DNA of 64,000 bases from Nitrosopumilus sp. GTDB taxonomy: Archaea > Thermoproteota > Nitrososphaeria > Nitrososphaerales > Nitrosopumilaceae. This document shows positions 40,109-48,177 of the stretch, in pieces (positions within the stretch are counted from its first letter, which is position 1; each line of letters begins with the position of its first letter). Position numbers and translations under genes: made by a program. Under the pieces are notes generated by a model. It had not been told where the DNA came from. It saw only the letters and a program-made list of their open reading frames with translations, and ran no database searches. The stretch is from assembly GCA_965207075.1 (NCBI GenBank), contig CBDBLO010000002.1, forward strand, positions 2,016,001 to 2,080,000. Direction: 5' to 3'.

Positions 40109-41229
40109 CGGGCAGTCAGAACCCGCGGGGGCGACTGCAGCAGGTTCGTACCAGGTCCATACGGCGGCACGATCTTGACGTTACGGTCCCGCTGCAAAAG
40201 CAGGTGGACGCATACAAGGACATCTTTACAGAGGCGGCGGCCGGGCAGCAGCCGCCCCGTCATGCAAGCGACATCCCTGCAGTCAGGGTGGGCAGCGTAG
40301 GCGGCACGCTATATTTGATGGCAGACGGCGACGTATACCGCGGCGCCCTGGCGGCGGGCGCGGAATCGATCAGGTGCATGGTCATAAAATGCGCAGACAT
40401 GCCGGACTTTCTTGTAAGGCACGTCCAGTGCAACCACAGGCCCACGGGGATCAACCCGCTCCTCCTGCGCAGAGTGTCGGACTACGTGTCGGCGCACGGG
40501 AGCGAGGAGGCCGCGGCCCTGTCGCGCGCGTGCAGGGGGACGGTGCACCAAAAGTTCATCGCGCTCAACCTAGCGCCCGGGGCCGCGGCGGTACTCGGCG
40601 AGCTCTGCGAGTTCCTAGGCGCAAAGCTGTCGCAGTTCGCGCTGCCGTACTATATCCCGCACCACATATCCGGGAAAAGAACCGACATGCAGCAGGAGCT
40701 GGCCCAGAAGGTGTCGTGGCTGATAAGGGCGCGCCCCGTGACCGACGCCCGCTTTGCATGGCCCAGCTTCGAGGAGGTAAAGACGCTCTCGGACTTCCCC
40801 CGATACCGCAGGGAGGGGAAGTCAGTCGTAGTGACGCCGGACGGTGAGCAGGCGGCCCCCAAGGAGGTGCGGCGCGCAAGACAGCTGATCAAGAACGCGC
40901 GCGGCATCATCGCCATCCCGGGTACGGATGCGCACCCCCCGTACCTGGTGGACCTCAAGACAAAGCGCGCCTCCATTGTGGAGGACCGCAAGCTGGTCAC
41001 GGTCCTCAGGGACGCGGATCCAGAGGGCACGGGCGCCGCCATGACGTACCTGCTCCCACAAGAGGCCGGCAGATGGCTGGGGCTCTTGGGCGGGAAGCAA
41101 GACGGCGCAGACATCAAGATGATACAATTTGATGCGGCCACGGGCCTCGCGGAGTTCGCGGAAAAGCACCGCGGCGCGCGCGGGGTCGTGTTTTACAGGA
41201 GGACAGATGCCGCAGGACCGCCAAGCTGA
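40105..41229 (+). CDS. Hypothetical protein with divergent ParB/Srx-like N-terminal region
   Basis: IPAVRV...LYLMADG...GALAAGAESIRCMV resembles the ParB N-domain pattern without the Arg patch; GTGA overlap with upstream gene. Confidence 0.5.
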   Translation: MTGSQNPRGRLQQVRTRSIRRHDLDVTVPLQKQVDAYKDIFTEAAAGQQPPRHASDIPAVRVGSVGGTLYLMADGDVYRGALAAGAESIRCMVIKCADMPDFLVRHVQCNHRPTGINPLLLRRVSDYVSAHGSEEAAALSRACRGTVHQKFIALNLAPGAAAVLGELCEFLGAKLSQFALPYYIPHHISGKRTDMQQELAQKVSWLIRARPVTDARFAWPSFEEVKTLSDFPRYRREGKSVVVTPDGEQAAPKEVRRARQLIKNARGIIAIPGTDAHPPYLVDLKTKRASIVEDRKLVTVLRDADPEGTGAAMTYLLPQEAGRWLGLLGGKQDGADIKMIQFDAATGLAEFAEKHRGARGVVFYRRTDAAGPPS

Positions 41230-41282
41230 GGATCGTGCAGGGCGGGAAGACGCCCCTTCTCCACGTGCATAGCCGCGGGTTC

Positions 41283-41342
41283 TGTCAAATCTGAGTGAAC
41301 TACGTGCCTACACGTAGGCAGGCGGGTCACGCAGATTTGACA
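41283..41342. repeat. 16-bp inverted repeat with nested palindrome
   Basis: TGTCAAATCTGAGTGA ... TCACGCAGATTTGACA (1 mismatch); inner TGCCTAC-AC-GTAGGCA. Confidence 0.85.
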
Positions 41343-41382
41343 AACGGCAAGGTCATACTGCAGAAAAGGACTTGAACCCAGA

Positions 41383-43074
41383 GTGGGAGTGGGCCCACGG
41401 GGGCCGTGCCGGCGGGACGATCATTTCAACAACCGCAACAACGCTGTATCAAAGCGTAACGCGCGCGTCAAGGAACTAGTTTCGGAATCCGGCGCCGAAT
41501 CCATAGCAGCTCCAACCAGAAAACCCGATGCTCAGGCGTCCAAATCCGGGGGAATTACGCCGCCTGCAGGCGAGGTTACGGATCAAAATAATATCCTTAA
41601 ATCAAATTCGGGCCTCCGAAGTTGGAACAGATTGGCAGACAAGCCACCAAGGGCGTTATTGAGTGATCCGGATGTGAGGCGATGGCACGACAACCTGCGC
41701 AGGTCCAGCGCCGTTACATGCAGCGTCAGGCTGGGCCGGCTCAACCTGTTTTGTGACAGGGTGGGCATGACGCCGCAGGAGCTGGCGAGGACGGGAAGAA
41801 ATGATCCGATGAAGACAGAAAACATACTGCTGGACCACGTGTCGTGGATGGAGGAGAAAAAGTACGCTCCCGGATACATCAAGGGGATGATGACCTCCGT
41901 AAAGTCCTGGCTGGAGTACAACCACATAGAGATCAGGCGCAAGATCAAGATAGCAAACATGGACATACCGACAACCATACAGGACGAAAAGGTACCCGAC
42001 AGGGAACAGCTCAAAAAGATACTGGATGCGGCGGACCCGCGGAGCAGGGCCGTCATAAGCCTGATGGCCTTTGCGGGGGTGAGGCCGCAGGTCATCGGAC
42101 TTGCAGACAGGAGCGACGGGCTGGTGCTCTCGGACCTGCCGGACCTGGTGCTTGACGGCGTGGACACTCGGTTCTCCAAGACACCTGCAATGGTGGTGGT
42201 GAGGCCCCGGCTGAGCAAGATCAGAAAAAAGTACTTTACGTTCCTTGCAGAGGAGGGCTGCCAGTACGTGCTCGGGTATCTGAGGGAGAGGATGGCGCAG
42301 GGCGCGCGCCTGAAGCCGGGCTCGCCGCTTGTAACGGTGGACCACGGATACCGCCTCAAGGGATGGAGCAGGCTGGACGAGAATGGCGGCCGGTTCCTGA
42401 ACACGAATGCCATAAGCCACATCCTACGCCCCAGAATCTGGAGCGTGCTAAAGGCTCGGCCCTATGCGCTGAGGGCGTACTTTGACAGCCAGCTGCTGAT
42501 TGCAGAGAGCCACGGGTGCATGACGCACGCGTACAGGCAGTTCTTCATGGGGCACAAGGGGGACATGGAGGCCAGGTATACGACAAACAAGGGCAGGCTG
42601 ACCGAGCAGATGACCGAGGACATGAGGCGCGCGTTTGAGCAGAGTCAGGCGTTCCTGTCGACTGACGCAGTGCACGATACGGAAAATGACAAGCGCAGGA
42701 TGCTGATTGGGATGTGGAGGCAGCAGGCCAAGATGTACGGGCTGGATCCCGATGCCATGATTGCGGGCGGGGTTCTGGACGGGGCGCGGGGCGCGCCGGC
42801 GCGGCAACCGGCGGCGATGACATCCGCGCAGGACAGCGGCGCGGGACGCAATGTGGATATGACGGCGCCCACGGCTGCTCAAGAGGCGGATCAAAGCGCC
42901 CCTGACGCGCGGAGAAAGGCGGCCGGTAACAAGGCCCCCAGACAGTCTCCCTTTGAGAGTAAAATAGTGGATGATGAAGACGAGCTGCTGGCAGGCACCG
43001 CGGAGGGGTGGGACTTGGTAAGGGACCTGCCCGGGGAGAGGTTTTTGATCAGGCGCAAGATTCCCAAGTCGTGA
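41383..43074 (+). CDS. Tyrosine recombinase/integrase
   Basis: AGVRP, LSKIR, PYALRAYF, FMGH, ARY catalytic set; start may lie further downstream. Confidence 0.92.
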   Translation: MGVGPRGPCRRDDHFNNRNNAVSKRNARVKELVSESGAESIAAPTRKPDAQASKSGGITPPAGEVTDQNNILKSNSGLRSWNRLADKPPRALLSDPDVRRWHDNLRRSSAVTCSVRLGRLNLFCDRVGMTPQELARTGRNDPMKTENILLDHVSWMEEKKYAPGYIKGMMTSVKSWLEYNHIEIRRKIKIANMDIPTTIQDEKVPDREQLKKILDAADPRSRAVISLMAFAGVRPQVIGLADRSDGLVLSDLPDLVLDGVDTRFSKTPAMVVVRPRLSKIRKKYFTFLAEEGCQYVLGYLRERMAQGARLKPGSPLVTVDHGYRLKGWSRLDENGGRFLNTNAISHILRPRIWSVLKARPYALRAYFDSQLLIAESHGCMTHAYRQFFMGHKGDMEARYTTNKGRLTEQMTEDMRRAFEQSQAFLSTDAVHDTENDKRRMLIGMWRQQAKMYGLDPDAMIAGGVLDGARGAPARQPAAMTSAQDSGAGRNVDMTAPTAAQEADQSAPDARRKAAGNKAPRQSPFESKIVDDEDELLAGTAEGWDLVRDLPGERFLIRRKIPKS

Positions 43075-43126
43075 CGGCTTCTTGTGGATTCGTGAGCTGT
43101 TCCAAAGCGCGGGCAGTGGATGGAAA

Positions 43127-43340
43127 GTATGAATTCACGTGTCCTTGTATCCGCCAGACGACCTCTTCGTACACACTCTTGCCCTGCCTTCTCCACGTGA
43201 GGACGCACGCGGCAAAATCTGCCAAGCGCCTCATGGTTCGGGGGCCTCCCTTGATCTGCCCGATTATGTTCCGGAAGACCACGATATAGCGCAGTGCTCC
43301 CTCACTCGCGTTGTTTGTGGGATCGACTCTAGTGCCCCAG
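43127..43340 (-). pseudogene. IS66-family transposase C-terminal fragment
   Basis: VDPTNNASEGALRYIVVFRNIIGQ...TWRRQG; ends in GTGAATTCATAC, like an IS66 end. Confidence 0.75.
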
Positions 43341-43503
43341 GAACGCGAACATGCGCGGCGCCTGCCGCTGCAGCTTGTCAAGCACCCTGATCATGCTAGA
43401 ATGTGGGCTAGACACCATGAATTGAGACCGTTTTTGGGGCAAAAATGGAAACGCCACAGATCATGAGTTTTGTGGGAGCCACACTAGAAGGAGGCTGATC
43501 GAC

Positions 43504-43818
43504 ATGCATACTTTAACAACGGGAGCAGGCCGAGGCATGACAGGCAAAAGAACCAGATTCACACCCGACGAAAAAGTCTGCACAGTCACCCAGATGCTTA
43601 GCCCAAAGACCAACGTGGCGGAGCTGTGCAGTGAACGCACGGGCTCGGGGGAGCAAAATCCCCCCACAGAAGCAATCGGGATCGACATCATGCCCGTGCA
43701 GGGCTCGGGGCGCTCACCAGAATACAACAGGAGGATCACGCTCATCGAGAATGCTGCCGCCCACGGCGCCGGCTGGCTTGGAGCACACCGTAGACGATAC
43801 CACACGGTCAGGTGTTGA
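43504..43818 (+). pseudogene. IS3-like transposase remnant
   Basis: MTGKRTRFTPDEKV...TNVAELC matches an OrfA-type HTH start, then degenerates. Confidence 0.55.
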
Positions 43819-43862
43819 AAAAAAGATGCAGGCGTTGTCCGTAGCAGTGATGCCGGGCGTCC

Positions 43863-44231
43863 TCATCTTGAAAATTTGCTGCATCTGTATGTATCCGCAT
43901 GGTCAAGAAAGAAATCCTGACTGGTAACCGTGGTGCCAGACTCAGCACTGTAGTTGTATGTTACGCATATGGGCATGTCGAACCCACAGTCATTACACTT
44001 TGCCAGCCAGTATATCGTTCCAGTACAGCTGAAGAGGGGGTCTTCACCGCATGAGATTAGCGAGACACGTGGATCATTGTCCGGATATTCGATATTGTGA
44101 CTGTGGCACTCGGAGCATCTGTTAGGCTGTAACTGTACATCTAGCATCTTTAACTCAAAGCCAGACAGGCACAGGATCTGTAGCGTCCTGTGCATCTGCT
44201 TGATGCGCATGGTATCCTTATGTGATGGCAT
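43863..44231 (-). CDS. Hypothetical Cys-rich (zinc-binding) protein
   Basis: CSECHS and CNDCG pairs; boundaries uncertain. Confidence 0.35.
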   Translation of the reverse strand: MPSHKDTMRIKQMHRTLQILCLSGFELKMLDVQLQPNRCSECHSHNIEYPDNDPRVSLISCGEDPLFSCTGTIYWLAKCNDCGFDMPICVTYNYSAESGTTVTSQDFFLDHADTYRCSKFSR

Positions 44232-44265
44232 GCTTCTTACGTAGTAAAACTGACATAAAAGGACA

Positions 44266-44478
44266 TTGAATGGGATTGAGCAGTCTATTGTACGACAATT
44301 AGTTCGCTTTGAGTTTGAGGCCAGACGGAAATGCGTGGAAGACTTAAGTGATATGCAGAATTTCCACTCAGGCATGGACGGCTATGACGGCAAGGAGATC
44401 GGAGACATTATAGTCACAAACCGAGCATTCGCGCATGAGATCTGCGGAGAGAGGCAAGTTAGTTGCGAAGACATCTAG
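44266..44478 (+). CDS. Small hypothetical protein
   Basis: Co-oriented and closely spaced upstream of the next two ORFs. Confidence 0.35.
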   Translation: MNGIEQSIVRQLVRFEFEARRKCVEDLSDMQNFHSGMDGYDGKEIGDIIVTNRAFAHEICGERQVSCEDI

Positions 44479-44484
44479 GGGGCC

Positions 44485-44796
44485 ATGCGGATAATGGCAG
44501 ACACAAGATACCCTCTCCGGCTGGTCGAGACTCAAGTCCAGATCCTCAAGTCCGACGAGCGGGAGGATGAACATGGATGGCACTGGACACCTACAGCAAA
44601 AGTTCGCAACACACAGACCAGCCACGGGGCGCCCGAGGCATCCCCCTTGCAACCCCTCCTGTTGAGCGGCGAGTACGATCCGTATGGATGGATCAAGCGA
44701 TGCTGCTGGCCCAGTCGAACGTATACGGTCGGCACATCGGTGGATATCAGGTACGTGGGATGTAGCCAAGAATCTAACATCAGGAGGACAAAATGA
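44485..44796 (+). CDS. Hypothetical protein
   Basis: Stop overlaps the DUF3800 start (ATGA). Confidence 0.45.
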   Translation: MRIMADTRYPLRLVETQVQILKSDEREDEHGWHWTPTAKVRNTQTSHGAPEASPLQPLLLSGEYDPYGWIKRCCWPSRTYTVGTSVDIRYVGCSQESNIRRTK

Positions 44797-45536
44797 CGTT
44801 TTTCCTATACATTGACGAGTCAGGGGATCCTGGAAGGTACTTGGATGCAAACCGCAATCCAATATCCGGCAGCTCCGAATGGTTCACGCTTGGGGGCATT
44901 ATCGTAGATGAGGAGACGAGATTGAATATGAGCATGGATGTCACTGACTTGGCCTTGTCGTTCTTTCCGCAATCGACAGTAGACGAGACCAAGCTCCACT
45001 ACCAGCAGCTCATCCAAAAGGCGCCGCCCTATGATTCGCTCTCCGACTCAGACAGGCTGCGTTTAACAGACGGGATGTTTGACATAATCCGTAATTCTCC
45101 ATGCAGATTGCTGTCGTCCGCGATTAACTTGGCGAGACATTTCGACAAATACGACGAGCCGGAGGATCCCAAGGCGTACGCTCTGGTGCTGATGCTCGAA
45201 AGGTTCCAAGACTTTCTGGCATCCAAAGCCTCGGAGGGAATAGTGATCTACGAGAGGATCAACCGAGCTGAACGCAAAAGGCTGAAAGGCACTATGAAGG
45301 GACTGAAGAGGATGCTGGCACTCAACCAGTATGTAGAGCTAAAGAATATCATAGGGGATATACGCAGTGGCGACCCCTTGAAGGAACCCATACTGCAATT
45401 GGCGGACTTCTTTGCATACGCAACGCATAGCAAGTATAGAAGTAACGGGACGAAACAGGACAGATGGGAATCTGTCAAGGAGAAGTATTACAACCCCAAT
45501 GGCTATTACTATCGTAGAGGAATCGTGTCTAGATAA
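44793..45536 (+). CDS. DUF3800 domain protein (RNase H-like fold)
   Basis: N-terminal LYIDESGD, FTLGG, ELH-like KLH, C-terminal LQLADFFAY. Confidence 0.85.
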   Translation: MTFFLYIDESGDPGRYLDANRNPISGSSEWFTLGGIIVDEETRLNMSMDVTDLALSFFPQSTVDETKLHYQQLIQKAPPYDSLSDSDRLRLTDGMFDIIRNSPCRLLSSAINLARHFDKYDEPEDPKAYALVLMLERFQDFLASKASEGIVIYERINRAERKRLKGTMKGLKRMLALNQYVELKNIIGDIRSGDPLKEPILQLADFFAYATHSKYRSNGTKQDRWESVKEKYYNPNGYYYRRGIVSR

Positions 45537-45538
45537 GG

Positions 45539-45594
45539 GCGGTCCCTAGGCTCTCAAAGGAACCCTACAGCCAACATCCGCTGGCGGGAACCGT
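45539..45594 (-). ncRNA. Candidate DUF3800-associated structured RNA
   Basis: Closing stem CGGTTCCC/GGGACCG with two inner hairpins; TTTAAATA on the minus strand at 45623-45616 at archaeal promoter spacing. Confidence 0.5.
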
Positions 45595-45681
45595 GTATAT
45601 TCTTAGAGACTCTGATATTTAAACACTGGATCTCAAATTGGGCAGGAGACATACTCCATTTCGGTGATCCGCACTTAACGC

Positions 45682-46377
45682 CTAGGAGAATATGTCGGGC
45701 ACGGGAAGCCCGGACGGCAAAAAGTCAAACACGTCGCCAGGATCCGACAGCACCATGGCGCCGTGCCGGATCATCTCCTGCGGCCAGGCCAGCCTTTGGT
45801 CTGACGCCGCGGCTTTGGTCATGAACAGGGGGCGGCCGAGCCTCAGGGTCTCCCGACCCTGGTGCAGCGACCCGCTGGCGTCTCCTGCCTCCACTATTAT
45901 CGTGGCGTCTGATATCAGGGCCATAGTCTTGTTCCTGATTACAAAGTTCTTCCTAGTGACGGGATGCCCTGCCGGAAACTGCGATACGGCCAGGTGGTTT
46001 GCCGCGATCTCTTCCTGAAGGCCGGCGTTCTGTCTTGGGTACGATCGGTTTAGGGGTGTTCCAAGCACGGCCGCCGTCCTGCCCTTGCAGTCGATCGCGG
46101 TCCTGTGCGCCACCGCGTCTATCCCAGCTGCAAGGCCGCTCACGACCAGAACGTCCCTCCCGACTAGGATCTGCGTGATCTCCCTGGTGTCCATGATCCC
46201 TTTCTCAGTGGGCTCCCTAGTTCCGATCACCGAGACGCGCGGACGCCTTAGCGGGAGTTTCATCGGCCCCCTTACAAAGAGCCTGTCGGAGGAGTGTCTC
46301 GATTCCACCTCGTTCACCTGCCGGCCCAGCAGCTCCGCAAGTCCCACACTGCGCTCGATACAGCCGTGCATCGTCAT
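45682..46377 (-). CDS. dprA: DprA/Smf (SLOG) DNA-processing protein
   Basis: VIGTR, VSGLAAGID, VLGTPL, FVIRN, VEAGDASGS. Confidence 0.9.
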   Translation of the reverse strand: MTMHGCIERSVGLAELLGRQVNEVESRHSSDRLFVRGPMKLPLRRPRVSVIGTREPTEKGIMDTREITQILVGRDVLVVSGLAAGIDAVAHRTAIDCKGRTAAVLGTPLNRSYPRQNAGLQEEIAANHLAVSQFPAGHPVTRKNFVIRNKTMALISDATIIVEAGDASGSLHQGRETLRLGRPLFMTKAAASDQRLAWPQEMIRHGAMVLSDPGDVFDFLPSGLPVPDIFS

Positions 46378-46596
46378 TGTCGTATATGCTTGAGACTGCC
46401 ATAAGTGCTTTGTAGATGCGGGGGCATGACGCCGTGCGCATCTGGATCCAACCAGCTCTGGCACGAAGGCAGCGCGGTCTGTCGAGGGCGAAGAGGCAGA
46501 CAGAGATGGTATGACCGGCGCAAGCCTGCCGCATGCCCGCCTGCCCTATCACGGACAGTCCGGATGCCGGTGCGGCCGCATGACCGGCGCACGTGA

Positions 46597-46644
46597 AGTT
46601 ACCCGCAAACTTTCATAGATCTCTATGAAAGTTTGCGGGTAACT
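46597..46644. repeat. 48-bp palindrome, copy 1
   Basis: AGTTACCCGCAAACTTTCATAGA-TC-TCTATGAAAGTTTGCGGGTAACT; perfect 23-bp arms. Confidence 0.97.
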
Positions 46645-46890
46645 ACCGCGGCCCACGGCATCGTACACACATGGGTAGGAAATCCGGCAGCAGGCGCCAA
46701 GTGCCTCGGGCCTGGCTGGCACACGGATGGCGGGCCTGCCGCATGCCCGCGGGAGGCAGGGCGAGTCGGCGGGATTGGGGGCGCAGCGCGTGCCAAGAGG
46801 CGGCTACTGCGGCCAGTAATGCTCAAGTCGGAAACAGTGTTCCGGTGCAGGTACGCTCCTCCCTCCCCTCCCCTCCCCCGCCGCCGACAC

Positions 46891-46938
46891 AGTTACCCGC
46901 AAACTGTCATAGAATTCTATGACAGTTTGCGGGTAACT
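46891..46938. repeat. 48-bp palindrome, copy 2
   Basis: AGTTACCCGCAAACTGTCATAGA-AT-TCTATGACAGTTTGCGGGTAACT; fully perfect palindrome. Confidence 0.97.
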
Positions 46939-47163
46939 ACCGCATACCCGTAGCACCGCACGCACACGGGCAGAAAGTCAGGCAGCGGGTGCTAGGTGCC
47001 TCCGGCCTTGGCCGGGGCTCCCATGCGGCAACCGGAAGGCGGCGCCCCCACCCCTCCCACGCCAGGGCAGGGTCACATGCGGCTTTCGGGCTCAAGGGTG
47101 CAACAGACCTACGCCCGGCTTTCAGGCGAGGAAAAGCGCGGGATCCAGCTCACCGGGTTGCGG

Positions 47164-47475
47164 TCATTTGAGCCGGAGGCGCTCCAGCTTGCTCTTACCG
47201 GCAGCCGTACCCCGGCCGCCGGGCTTTTCGGACCTGTCCTTGGCCATCATCTCCGCTACGGCCCTCGCGTACTTGTCGGGGCCTGCAGAGTCGGGCGTAC
47301 TGTCACCCAAGACGCTCAGGGGGCTTATCACAATCTCCCCGTCTCTGACCCGGAACCTGACGCTCTGTCCTTTGCGGATCCCTGCCCTTTCTGCTATGGC
47401 CCGCGGTATTGTCAGGATGAACGATCCCCGGTTTAGCTGTATTCTGCGCTCGATTATTTTCTCTTCCATGACCAT
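47164..47475 (-). CDS. AbrB/MazE/SpoVT-family DNA-binding protein
   Basis: RRIQLNRGSFILTIPRAIAERAGIRKGQSVRFRVRDGEIVISP. Confidence 0.88.
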   Translation of the reverse strand: MVMEEKIIERRIQLNRGSFILTIPRAIAERAGIRKGQSVRFRVRDGEIVISPLSVLGDSTPDSAGPDKYARAVAEMMAKDRSEKPGGRGTAAGKSKLERLRLK

Positions 47476-47504
47476 TGATGCGCCATATCTACTTAAGGGA
47501 CAAA

Positions 47505-47746
47505 AACCGGTAAAGCAGGCAAAGCATGTGTCCGGCCCACCGGTAAAACATGGAAAGCGTGGAAAGCGCGCGTCCGGCCCACCGGTAAAACATGGAAAGC
47601 GTGGAAAGCGCGCGTCCGGCCCACCGGTAAAACATGGAAAGCGCGCGTCCGGCCCACCGGTAAAACATGGAAAGCGCGCGTCCGGCCCACCGGTAAAACA
47701 TGGAAAGCGCGCGTCCGGCCCACCGGTAAAACATGGAAAGCGCGCG
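47505..47746. repeat. Tandem array of six CCGGCCCACCGGTAAAACATGGAAA cores plus one degenerate copy
   Basis: Cores at 47532, 47574, 47616, 47649, 47682, 47715 (periods 42,42,33,33,33). Confidence 0.95.
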
Positions 47747-48120
47747 CATGATTGAGTGACACGCATGGAATGCTCCTCTCGCATATTGGTACTATACCAT
47801 AACGACGACCAGCGCTCTCCCACACATGTCACACTCAGAGGGTTGTTAGGTCGGCGCGTTCCCAATAGGACGGGAATCCATCTCGACCAACGTTTCAAGG
47901 CAACAGAGTCCAAGCGTCACGCGCAAGCCGCACAGGCCCACTTCTGAGCATCCTGTCGTGGCCATCTCTGACGAGTTCGGCCATCAGCAGCTCTTGTTCC
48001 CGATGTCTTCCTCGCCCAGGACGACTGGGGGGCCGATTGCTCGCCGGGCATTGGAAGACTGTTCTCGAGGGCTCTTCGCGCCCGCCTTTTCATTGCCCGA
48101 AACATGGACGGGTAGCCGAT

Positions 48121-48172
48121 GGTGTGGGTGGCGGGTGTGGGTGGCGGGTGTGGGTGGCGGGTGTGGGTGGCG
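48121..48172. repeat. 13-bp G-rich tandem repeat x4
   Basis: (GGTGTGGGTGGCG)4 just past the helicase stop. Confidence 0.95.
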
Positions 48173-48177
48173 ACGCG

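Noticed and set aside
41364-41405. tRNA-like fragments (GGACTTGAACCC, GTGGGCCCACGGGG) as an att site
   Set aside because: Too short, T-stem does not pair, and no matching tRNA in the window
47505-47746. Repeat array as a CRISPR array
   Set aside because: No unique spacers and no cas genes; it is a tandem repeat
47476-47913. N-terminal extension of the 249-aa ORF
   Set aside because: Open mainly because repeat periods are multiples of 3; the AbrB domain begins at Met 47475
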